Below are positions 37,231 to 45,904 of a DNA stretch of 64,000 nucleotides, piece by piece. Position 1 is the first letter of the stretch; the number at the start of each line of letters is the position of its first letter. The position numbers and the translations under genes were made by a program. Below the pieces are notes generated by a model. It had not been told where the DNA came from. It ran no database searches and was given only the letters and a program-made list of their open reading frames with translations. The DNA is from Alphaproteobacteria bacterium (GTDB lineage: Bacteria; Pseudomonadota; Alphaproteobacteria; Bin95), in contig OZ219786.1 of the NCBI GenBank assembly GCA_964291285.2, positions 1,344,001-1,408,000 of the forward strand, in the 5' to 3' direction.

Positions 37231-38499
37231 ATGTCAACACAGACCGGCAAGCGCACTGCAAACCTCAAGCTCACCCTCAACAAGCGAAACGTCGAAGCCC
37301 TCAAGCCCCGGCACAAACCCTTCATCGCATGGGACGACCGCCTCACCGGATTCGGCATCCGCGTCCAGCCCTCGGGCATGCGCTCCTACATCGTCAACTA
37401 CCGCGCCGGCGACGGCGGGCGCAAGGCCGCCAACCGGCGCCTCGTCCTCGGCCGCCACGGCCGCATCACCCCCGAACAGGCCAGGCGCCTCGCCCGGGAG
37501 ACGCTGGGCCGCGTCGCCGCCGGCGAGGACCCCGCCGCCGGGCGCACCCGCGCCCGCGCCATGCCGACGGTGCGGGACGCCTTCGAGGACTATCTCGCCG
37601 CCGGGCCGGCGCGCAAGGACAGTACCGTTGCGGTATACCGCAGCACCGTCCACAAGGACCTCGGTGACTGGCTCGACCGCCCTCTCGACACCATCGGGCG
37701 CCGCGATGTCGAGCAGCGCTTCCGGCGCCTGAGCGAGAATGCCGGGTGGGTGCAGGCCAACAATGCGATGAAGATGCTGCGCGCCCTCTACCGCCGCCAG
37801 TGCCTCGACCATGAGGGGCTGCACAATCCGGTGGACCAGTGGCGCGTCGCGGGCGGGCGGCCCCATCGCCCGAAACGGCGCATCATCCAGCCGCCGGCCG
37901 AGGTGCTGCCGCGCTGGCACCGCGGCATCGAGGCGGCGGTGCGTAACCCGGTCGCCCGCGACGCCTTGCACTTCGGCCTCTATACCGGCATGCGCCGGGC
38001 CGAAGTATTCGGCCTCGCATGGGCGCGGGTGGACAGGGCGGCGATGGTGTTCCGGGTCGAGGACACCAAGACCGGCGCGCCGTTGGCGCTTCCCGTCACC
38101 CGGCAGCTCGCGGCCATTCTCGAACGCCGCCTGGCCGAACGCGACCGTGTCCCCGAGGCGAACCGGGGCTGGGTGTTCCCGTCCGAAACCAGCAGGTCCG
38201 GGCGTCTCACCGGCATGCAGCACATGAATGCGCGCATCGGCGAGGCGGGCGGCGCGAAATTCTGGTTCCATGCCCTGCGCAACTGCTTCATCACCGTCGC
38301 CGACCGCGACCTGATGCTGCCGGCCAGCCTGACCAAGCGGCTGGTCAACCACGCCCGGCCCCGGGACGTGACCGAGGGCTATGCCGCCGACTGGACCATG
38401 GAGCAACTCCGCGACGCCGCCCAGCGCATCTCTGACAGGATCGACGCATTGATCCGCGAAGGCATTCCCGCGCCACCGGCCTTGCCGCCGACAGCATGA
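37231..38499 (+). CDS. Tyrosine recombinase/integrase with N-terminal arm-binding domain
   Basis: WDDRLTGFGIRVQPSG arm domain; YTGMRRAE (R), DTKTG (K), HALR, LVNH, TEGY (Y). Confidence 0.94.
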   Translation: MSTQTGKRTANLKLTLNKRNVEALKPRHKPFIAWDDRLTGFGIRVQPSGMRSYIVNYRAGDGGRKAANRRLVLGRHGRITPEQARRLARETLGRVAAGEDPAAGRTRARAMPTVRDAFEDYLAAGPARKDSTVAVYRSTVHKDLGDWLDRPLDTIGRRDVEQRFRRLSENAGWVQANNAMKMLRALYRRQCLDHEGLHNPVDQWRVAGGRPHRPKRRIIQPPAEVLPRWHRGIEAAVRNPVARDALHFGLYTGMRRAEVFGLAWARVDRAAMVFRVEDTKTGAPLALPVTRQLAAILERRLAERDRVPEANRGWVFPSETSRSGRLTGMQHMNARIGEAGGAKFWFHALRNCFITVADRDLMLPASLTKRLVNHARPRDVTEGYAADWTMEQLRDAAQRISDRIDALIREGIPAPPALPPTA

Positions 38500-38502
38500 C
38501 GC

Positions 38503-38830
38503 GTGGACCTTTTCCGGGCCCTCGACATGGGTGCGGGTGGTGATGCGCTTGCCGTGCTTCTCGATGGTGGCCTCTTGCAGGAGGTCGAGGTCGCGGATCA
38601 GGTCGTGCCATTCGATGCTGACGCCAGCGGCGGCGCATCGGTCGGCCAGTTCCTTCTGGAGGACCAGCGCGAGGAAGGAGCAGAAGACGTGGCCGCGGAT
38701 CGCGGCGTTGCAGGAGTGGTAGATCGGTCGGGTGCGCAACTGGGCCTTCGCCCGGCGGAACAGGTCTTCCACCGTGAGCAGCTCCCGGTAGCGGAGCACG
38801 GCGTTGAGCGGCGTCATGCCGGCGTTGGTG
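38503..38830 (-). pseudogene. IS1634-like transposase C-terminal remnant
   Basis: YRELLTVEDLFRRAKAQLRTRPIYH...IRGHVFCSFLAL; truncated on both sides. Confidence 0.75.
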
Positions 38831-38949
38831 CGCCGGCCTATCTGGGGATATACCGGTGCGAGCCTCGCAAGGCGACGATGTAGAGGTCCATCGGGTCGCG
38901 GGTGCGGGAGACCGGGCGGCGGATGGCGTCGTGGCCGTGAGCCTCCCGC

Positions 38950-39363
38950 TCACCGGCGGCCTTGTCCGGTGCCGGCCAGCACGCCGTCGACCCGGGCGCG
39001 CGAGAGGCGGAACCGGCCCGAAGCTGTCCCCGTAGACAGCGCGTCGCGTCGACCCGGGCGCGCGAGACGCGGAACTCCCGCGCGATCGCCGCCGGCCTGA
39101 GGCCGGCCTCGAAGGCGGCGAGGATCGGCCTTTTCCTGCCCCTGCGTCACCGGCCTGGCGCGCGCCCTTCCTCCGGATGTCTTGCCGGCCTGCCGCCCGC
39201 GCCTGCGGGCCTCGGCTGTCGCCGCTTCGACCGGCCGGTCGAGGTCCGCGTCGTCGAGATGGCGGAGCAAACGGTCGAGGCTCCCGCCGCGCTTTCCCGT
39301 CCCGCCACCCGAGCGCGCCGTCCTTCCTGCGCGTTGCCCCGTTTTCGTGGTCCTTCCTGTCAC
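38950..39363 (-). pseudogene. Frameshifted small HTH protein
   Basis: LRHLDDADLDR...VTQGQEKA then, in a shifted frame, ILAAFEAGLRPAAIAREFRVSRARV; ~28-bp internal duplication (38985-39012 / 39048-39075). Confidence 0.4.
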
Positions 39364-39614
39364 CTACAACCGGTGAGCGCATCGCGTGTGCGCTGGTCGA
39401 TTGCAGCCCGAACGTGCCGGTGTGGCCATGGCCAGGGTGCTCTCCAGCTACCGGTCACCCGTGCCGCCGGCCCGCCGCCCGCCGTCGGGAACGCCGCCTC
39501 CCCCGCTCCGCGCCGGCAGGAGGGAAGGTCTGGCCGTGAGCGGGGCGGCGGTCGGCGCTTCGGAGAGCGGGGCGCTGCCGCCGGGTTCCACCACGGCACG
39601 ATGGAGACGGCAGC

Positions 39615-39947
39615 ATGACGGCAGCAACGATGGCGATGCCCGGCAATACGGCAAGCACGTTCCTGGTCCACTATTTCGGCGGCGGCCTCGACGGCGACGA
39701 CCGCTTCGTGGTCGAGCGGTTCCGCGCCCTGGCCTGCGGCGACATTCGTCCGGTCCGGGACGGCGAGGAGAACGCGAAGGGGCGGCGCAAGGTCAGGCGC
39801 ACCGTGGTCTCGCGCAAGGAGGCCGAGGCGATGCGCCCGGAGCGCACCGAGATCATCATCTGCACCGGCCTTCGCACCCGCGGCGGGAAACAGGCCTGGG
39901 GTTCGGTTGCGGCGGGCCTCCTGTGCGACCGCAAGCAGCGCGGCTGA
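39615..39947 (+). CDS. Hypothetical protein
   Basis: GGAG RBS, GC3-biased codons, 110 aa. Confidence 0.55.
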   Translation: MTAATMAMPGNTASTFLVHYFGGGLDGDDRFVVERFRALACGDIRPVRDGEENAKGRRKVRRTVVSRKEAEAMRPERTEIIICTGLRTRGGKQAWGSVAAGLLCDRKQRG

Positions 39948-40034
39948 GCGCTTTCCCGAGGGACGTCCCGCCGGCCCGGCCGGGTCGGCGGGACGATCCT
40001 CTTCCGTTTTCCCCACGGCAAGGAGAACGCTCCC

Positions 40035-41057
40035 ATGTGCGAGCAGCAGGACATCGGGGCCCGGCGCGCGCGGAACCTGGAGCGCTGGCGTCGTCGGGTT
40101 GCCGACCGGCGCGCGCGCGGCAAGTGCATCGGGTGCGGCAAGCGCGAACCCGAGCCCGCGCGGACCCTGTGCGCGCCCTGCGGCGAGAAGCGGAACCGGG
40201 CGAGCCGGGCCAGGGACGCAAGGCTGCGCACCGCCGGCCTCCCCCGGAGAGACCCCGACAAGGCCCGCGCCCAGGAGCGCGACCGGTCCCGCCGCGAGGC
40301 TGAAATGCGCCGCGACGCCGGGCTCTGCATCCGGTGCGGCAAGCAGCCGGCCGCCGATGGCCGTGCGTCCTGCCAGCCGTGCCTGGAGAAGCGCCGGGCA
40401 GCGGACCGCGCGAAATACGCCGCCGGGAAAGCCGCCGGCCTCAGGTATGGCGGGGCCGATGCCGAGGCCAAAAGGCGCGCCGCCCGGGCGAAGAGCAAGC
40501 GCCGCCAGAAAGCCCGGATCGAGGCGGGACTCTGTATCCGCTGCGGCAGGCAGCCCCCTGCCGGGGGCGGAACCACCTGCCAGCCCTGCCGGGACAGGAG
40601 GCAGGCGGCGGAACGCCGGAAATACCGGGACCGGCGCCAGGCCGGGCTCTGCACCCGGTGCGGCGCCGCCGTCCATGACGGTCTGTCGCGCTGCGCGCCG
40701 TGTGCCGCCATCGAGGAGGCCAGCCACAACCCGGAGCGCAAGAACGCACGCTCGCGGCAGTTGTACGCCCGGCGCCGGGCCGCCGGCCTGTGCACGGCCT
40801 GCGGGGCGCCGTCACAGGGGGCGGCGCGCTGTGCGCCCTGTGCCGAGAGGTCGTATCAAGGGTCGGGGCATTTCAGGGGCATCCCGGTCCACGAGCCGGT
40901 CTGGACCGTGATCGAACTGGAGACCGGCCGCGAGCACGGTCCGTTCGACGATCCGGCCGATGTCGCCCTCTGCCTCGCCTTCGGGAAGCTCGACCGCAAC
41001 CGCGTCGAGATCGTCGCCGACGCCCCCGTCACCGCCTCCTTCACCGCCTGGACCTGA
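40035..41057 (+). CDS. Basic protein with five C4 zinc-finger-like repeats
   Basis: Five GxCxxCG-x9-11-CxPC units separated by Arg-rich helices; AAGGAG RBS. Confidence 0.8.
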   Translation: MCEQQDIGARRARNLERWRRRVADRRARGKCIGCGKREPEPARTLCAPCGEKRNRASRARDARLRTAGLPRRDPDKARAQERDRSRREAEMRRDAGLCIRCGKQPAADGRASCQPCLEKRRAADRAKYAAGKAAGLRYGGADAEAKRRAARAKSKRRQKARIEAGLCIRCGRQPPAGGGTTCQPCRDRRQAAERRKYRDRRQAGLCTRCGAAVHDGLSRCAPCAAIEEASHNPERKNARSRQLYARRRAAGLCTACGAPSQGAARCAPCAERSYQGSGHFRGIPVHEPVWTVIELETGREHGPFDDPADVALCLAFGKLDRNRVEIVADAPVTASFTAWT

Positions 41058-41247
41058 CATGCTGTCCCGGGCGGCGATGGCGGCGCTCGCCTGGCCGCGG
41101 TCCGCCGCGCCGTCCCTGTGTCGTGGAGAGGAGTAAAGCGCCTGCCGGGCGAGTGTCCGGCAGGGCGGAGGAGAGGACTCCCCGCCGATGCCGGATCGAT
41201 GTCCGGCACAGGTCGCCGGGCAGGACAACGGCAGAGGAGTTCCCGCC

Positions 41248-41454
41248 ATGTTTCATCCCGATACATCCCTCGACCTCCCGACCGGCTGCGACCTGCTCGC
41301 CGAACTCGGCGTCGACCGTCGCACCGTCCGCGAGATCGCCGAGGACGAGCGCGCCATCCGCTGTCCCGACCGGGGCGCGGCCTGTCCGGTGCACGGCTTC
41401 GCGAGCCTCTTCCCGGAACCGGCGTCGTCGTTCTCTCCGGGCGGTCAGGGGTAG
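41248..41454 (+). CDS. Small hypothetical protein
   Basis: GAGGAG RBS, MFHPDTSLDLPTGCDLLAELG..., 68 aa. Confidence 0.5.
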   Translation: MFHPDTSLDLPTGCDLLAELGVDRRTVREIAEDERAIRCPDRGAACPVHGFASLFPEPASSFSPGGQG

Positions 41455-41558
41455 AGGAGGGCCTGAAGAGATTGAACGGGCAGGGGTTCGGGGGAGTGAC
41501 CCCGGCCCCGGTCGTTCGCAACCCATCGTCATCAACACGAACCTGAAGGAGTATCGCA

Positions 41559-41987
41559 ATGAGCTTCGGATTGAACAAGGTGCAGATCATCGGCCGCCTC
41601 GGCGCGGACGTCACCATCAACCACCTGCAGAACGGCGGCCGCGTGGCCAATCTGAGCGTTGCCACCGACGAGAGCTACATCGACCGGAACGGCAGCGGCG
41701 AGCGGATCGACAGGACCGAGTGGCACCGGGTCGTGACCTTCCAGGACGGGCTGATCGACATGCTCGCCAGGCACGCCACGAAGGGCCGGCTGGTCTACAT
41801 CGACGGCAAGCTCCAGACCCGGCGCTGGAAGAAGCCGGGCGAGGACTCCGACCGCTTCTCGACCGAGATCCTGCTGGTCCCGGGTGGGCGCGTCCAGTTC
41901 CTCGACAAGGCGAACGGCAACGCCGCGCAGCCCGGCCCGGACGCGGCGGGCGGCGACCCGATGGATGGGGATCAGATCCCGTTCTAG
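41559..41987 (+). CDS. ssb: Single-stranded DNA-binding protein (mobile-element type)
   Basis: LNKVQIIGRLG, TEWHRV, KGRLVYIDGKLQTRRW, acidic C-terminal DQIPF. Confidence 0.95.
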   Translation: MSFGLNKVQIIGRLGADVTINHLQNGGRVANLSVATDESYIDRNGSGERIDRTEWHRVVTFQDGLIDMLARHATKGRLVYIDGKLQTRRWKKPGEDSDRFSTEILLVPGGRVQFLDKANGNAAQPGPDAAGGDPMDGDQIPF

Positions 41988-42017
41988 AGCTTCCCGTTCT
42001 TCCCCCCCCCCCCCCAC

Positions 42018-42048
42018 AGGGCCGGCGCCTCGCGCGTCGGCCCTTTTC
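42018..42048 (+). terminator. Probable intrinsic terminator after ssb
   Basis: Stem AGGGCCGGCGC / GCGTCGGCCCT followed by a T run. Confidence 0.6.
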
Positions 42049-42175
42049 TCATGCGGGCAGGTTCAAGTCTCGCCGCGGCGCATACGGGAGTGGGAGCGAG
42101 GCTGGAAAGCGGGTGAACCGCGCGAGGAGGAGAGGGAGCCCGCTCGCGCACCCGTCACGCTACCCGGAGAACCCG

Positions 42176-42403
42176 ATGAGCACCATCTCCTTCCGCCGCA
42201 TCGCCCCCGACGAATCCCGCATCTACCGGGACGGCGACCATGTCGGCGACGTCCACGCCTTCGACGACAGCATCCGGCCGGGGCGCAGGGTGTTCGCCAT
42301 ACATCTCGACGAGGACCCGCGCGGGCCCGTCTATCTCCACGACCGCACCCGCATCCGCGAGGTCGCCGGGCGCCTGGTCCTCTCCCATCCCCTGTGGGGT
42401 TGA
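42176..42403 (+). CDS. Small hypothetical protein
   Basis: GGAG RBS; MSTISFRRIAPDESRIYRDG...HPLWG, 75 aa, strong GC3 bias. Confidence 0.65.
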   Translation: MSTISFRRIAPDESRIYRDGDHVGDVHAFDDSIRPGRRVFAIHLDEDPRGPVYLHDRTRIREVAGRLVLSHPLWG

Positions 42404-42775
42404 CGCAAGGGCGGGCAACGGCGCCTCCCGCTCCGGCGCCGTGCCGGCCGAACCGACGATGGGGTCCGTGCAGGGCGAGAGAAATACGCCACCCCGCTGT
42501 GATGTCCAATCGTGTCACACGGGCTCGCGACAGCAACCCCTGCGGGGTCCTCCGGTCGCTCCGCTCCCTGCGGCCCGGCCAAGAAGCTCCAAGGGCGGAC
42601 CGTGAAAGTCGACGACCGTGAAGATCGCAGGGCGATCTTCCGCACCACTCGCCGACTTTCCGCACCACTCCGCCCAGGAGCTTCTACGCCCGGGTGCTTC
42701 TGCTGCGCGCGCGTGCCCCGACAGGACATCACAACGGGGATCGGCCCCGAACGTGAAAACCGAAAGGAAAACGAC

Positions 42776-43702
42776 ATGACCTTCCATACCGATACCACCG
42801 AAACCGCAGCACAGTCCGCAACCGCGATCGTCTGCGACAACGCCGCTCTCTTCGGCGCAACCCCCGAGCGCGACGAGTTCGATACCCGCGAGATCTGGGA
42901 CCAGGACGAGGCCATCACCGCCGTCACCGAAGCCTTCCGCATCCTCAGCCGGGGCGTCGCGCCCGACGGATACCAGATGGCAGACGAACGCGAGAGCCTG
43001 CTCTGGGGCTTCGTCAACATGCTCCACGCCCAGACACAGCGCCTCGACCGCAGCGTCGACAAGCTCACCCCCGAACTCCAGGACCTCCAGCGCACACAGG
43101 ACGGCTCCGAGATCAGGTCCCTGGAACTGGAACTCGTGACCGACCGCGCACAGTGCCTCACCGCACGCCGCGACGCCTTCGAGACATTGCGCAACGAGGC
43201 CGCCGAAGCCTACCGCGCAGACACCGGCGACACATGGCGGCCCCGGCGCGGCAGCCACGCCAGCCAGACCGGACATCTGACCTCCGCTGCCATCGACGCC
43301 CGCGACTTCGTCCGCGCCCGAAAGGACCGCAAGACACAGGCCCACCTGCCCCAGGGAACCCTCGTCGCCATCGCCGGCGGAAAGGACATCGCAAACCCGG
43401 CAGCCGTCATCGAGCGCCTCGACAAGGTCCGCGCCAGGTATGCCGACCTCGTCCTCGTGCATGGCGGCGGTCCCGGCGTCGAGAAGATCGCGGCGCGCTG
43501 GGCCGAGCGCAACGGTGTCCACCAGGTCGTCTGCAAGCCCGACTGGGACCGCCACGGTCGCGCCGCACCCTTCCGCCGCAACGACGAACTGCTCAACCTC
43601 CTGCCGAAGGGCGTCATCGCCTTCCCCGGCTCCGGCATCACCGACAACCTCGTCGACAAGGCGAAGCAGCTCGGCATCCCGGTGATGAAGGTAGCAGCCT
43701 GA
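42776..43702 (+). CDS. DUF2493 / SLOG-like domain protein of alphaproteobacterial plasmids and ICEs
   Basis: AAAGGA RBS; VAIAGG, LVHGGGPGVEKIAARWA, KPDWDRHGRAAPFRRND, FPGSGIT. Confidence 0.82.
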   Translation: MTFHTDTTETAAQSATAIVCDNAALFGATPERDEFDTREIWDQDEAITAVTEAFRILSRGVAPDGYQMADERESLLWGFVNMLHAQTQRLDRSVDKLTPELQDLQRTQDGSEIRSLELELVTDRAQCLTARRDAFETLRNEAAEAYRADTGDTWRPRRGSHASQTGHLTSAAIDARDFVRARKDRKTQAHLPQGTLVAIAGGKDIANPAAVIERLDKVRARYADLVLVHGGGPGVEKIAARWAERNGVHQVVCKPDWDRHGRAAPFRRNDELLNLLPKGVIAFPGSGITDNLVDKAKQLGIPVMKVAA

Positions 43703-44485
43703 CCGCAACGCATCGCGGGCCGTGTCGTCGCTCCGGCGGCGGCACGGTCCGTTTCCTCTTTCGCACATCGATGACGCGGCAACGCCAACCTCGCGCGCTT
43801 CGCGCCGCACTCGTGCTCCGGCTTCGCCGATCGCGCTTGCGTTCCGCGTCCGCGTCACGCGCCGCTGCACCATGCTTCGCCCGGGTGCATCGCCGTCCGC
43901 GCCGATCCCGGCGCACCGCCCGCCGCACTTCCGCCAGCGTGACTGTCGACGGCACTGCCGGCGCTGCCGCCCGTCCGCTCGGCACGGTGCTTCGCACCAG
44001 TGCCCGCGCTCGCGCCGGCGAGGCCGTCCGCTCACACGCCGCGGCGGCTCCCCTCCGCCGGGTTCCCCGGCGTCGATTTCCCCATCGTGTATGCTATCCC
44101 TTCCGGCTCTGTCTCGACGGCGGAGCCGCTATTTCGTCACACCCCACGCGCCAGGGGCGCAGTCGGCGCATGCGTGGCCTGGAGAACCCTCCCGGTGCCA
44201 CAAGGCGCCAGACGGGGCCTACAGTATGATGGGAACCTGTAGTGCGCTTTGTGTTACGGACAAACCTCTGGAATCATTGTATGTGTTTCTATCGTGTTCG
44301 CCGTGTATGCTCACGGAATACCGTCCGCATTGCGTGCCATTGCGGCCAGGGACGGATGAAATACGGGATTGCCGCCCACGGGCAGGTAGGCCAATGGACC
44401 GGGAAACAGCTCCGTGGCCGTCCGAAACCACTCGACAACGGAGTGCGCGGCGACGCAGGTTCGGGCTCGAACATGGGAGGTGACG

Positions 44486-44827
44486 ATGGCAAACAGGAGC
44501 TTCCAGCGCTCGATCCGGTTCACGAAAAACGAGTGGGATGCCGTGGTCGAGGCCGCCGAGAAGGCCGGAATTACTCCCGGCTCGTTCGTGCGCAGGGCCG
44601 CCGCGCGCGCCGCGGCAGACGGTCTCCATCTCCATGGCGGCGGCCTGACGCCGGAATTGGCCGAGCTGATCGAGAGAACCTTCCGCGGCGTCCACCTGCT
44701 GGCGTACCTGAAGCAGGAGGAACTCGCCGGATCGGACAGGGAAACGCTCTTCGACAGGGCCGCCGAAGACGCCCGCGCCGCCCAGATCAAGGCGCTGGGG
44801 ATGGACCGCTCAGGCGAAGAGCTGTAG
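44486..44827 (+). CDS. Ribbon-helix-helix (CopG/MobC-like) protein
   Basis: GGAGG RBS; RSIRFTKNEWDAVVEAAEKAGITPGSFVRRAA beta-helix-helix pattern. Confidence 0.65.
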   Translation: MANRSFQRSIRFTKNEWDAVVEAAEKAGITPGSFVRRAAARAAADGLHLHGGGLTPELAELIERTFRGVHLLAYLKQEELAGSDRETLFDRAAEDARAAQIKALGMDRSGEEL

Positions 44828-45904
44828 CGTCTGCCTTCCGAGACGCTGGCAAAAGCACACAAGGAGTCAGTCGTGGCCGGGGCTGTCGAAGCTTCAGATC
44901 GCATACCTGCCGCCGATCCAGGACAGCCACTCGCGCCAAGGGCCGCCTCGTCATGTGCCCATATCGGTCGATGAGACATTGATCTCGTACCACTCGACCT
45001 GGTGGCAAGTGATGAATTCGCGCCGGAAAAGCACGCTTTGGTTCGATCGTCGCGGACCGAATTCGGCAACATTCAGGCAAACTCGCGGCGGAGGGCAGAA
45101 CTTGAAGGGACAGAGAATCGCGGCCAGGTGAACGTCCGAACCGGATTCCCGTAGAGTTCGAGGGCATGACCGTGTCCCATGCGGCGGCGTCAACGATGTC
45201 GGCCAGAATAGAGCGAACACTCGCGCACGAGCAGCAGGATGGCAGGCAGTCGGTCATTCGCCAGGACGGGATACTCTCGTTCTGCGATCCTGTTGTGATC
45301 CTCGGCGATCCCGGCCTGGGGAAGACCGTGCTCACCAAGTGGCTCGGCGAGCAGCCCGGCATGAAGTTCTTTCCGGCGGGCACGTTCGTGCGCGCAGCCC
45401 TTCCAGCGAATTCGGCTTCCGGAAGCGAGCGCATCGTCGTCGACGGCCTCGACGAAATCGCCTCCGCTGCGCCGGGCGTTGCGGTCGACGAGGTGCTGAA
45501 GCAACTGTCGCTGATCGGCAAGCCGCCCTTCATCCTTTCCTGCCGCGCCGCCGACTGGCGGGGCGCCGCCGACCGGGTGAAGATCGAGGACGACTATGGT
45601 GCAGCACCCGTACTGCTTCATTTGCAGCCGTTCACGGAAGATGACGCCCGCGCTTTCCTCTCCGAGGAGTTTCCGGGGATCGATTCTACCGGGGTGCTGG
45701 AGCACCTGGCGCGCTGCGGGATCGAATCCCTGTACGAGAATCCTCTCACGCTGCGAATGCTTGGCGAGGTGGCGCAGGACGATGGTCCTCTTCCCGAGAC
45801 CCGTGCTCAACTGTTCGACCGCGCCTGCCGCGTCATGCTCGAGGAGAAAAATCGGCGTCACCATCAGGGTTCCCACGTTCGCAGAAGCGAGGAAGAACTG
45901 CTGG

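Noticed and set aside
44285-44300. Alphaproteobacterial LexA box upstream of the RHH gene
   Set aside because: GTTT-N7-GTTC has a mismatch to GTTC-N7-GTTC and lies ~190 bp from the start; too weak to call.
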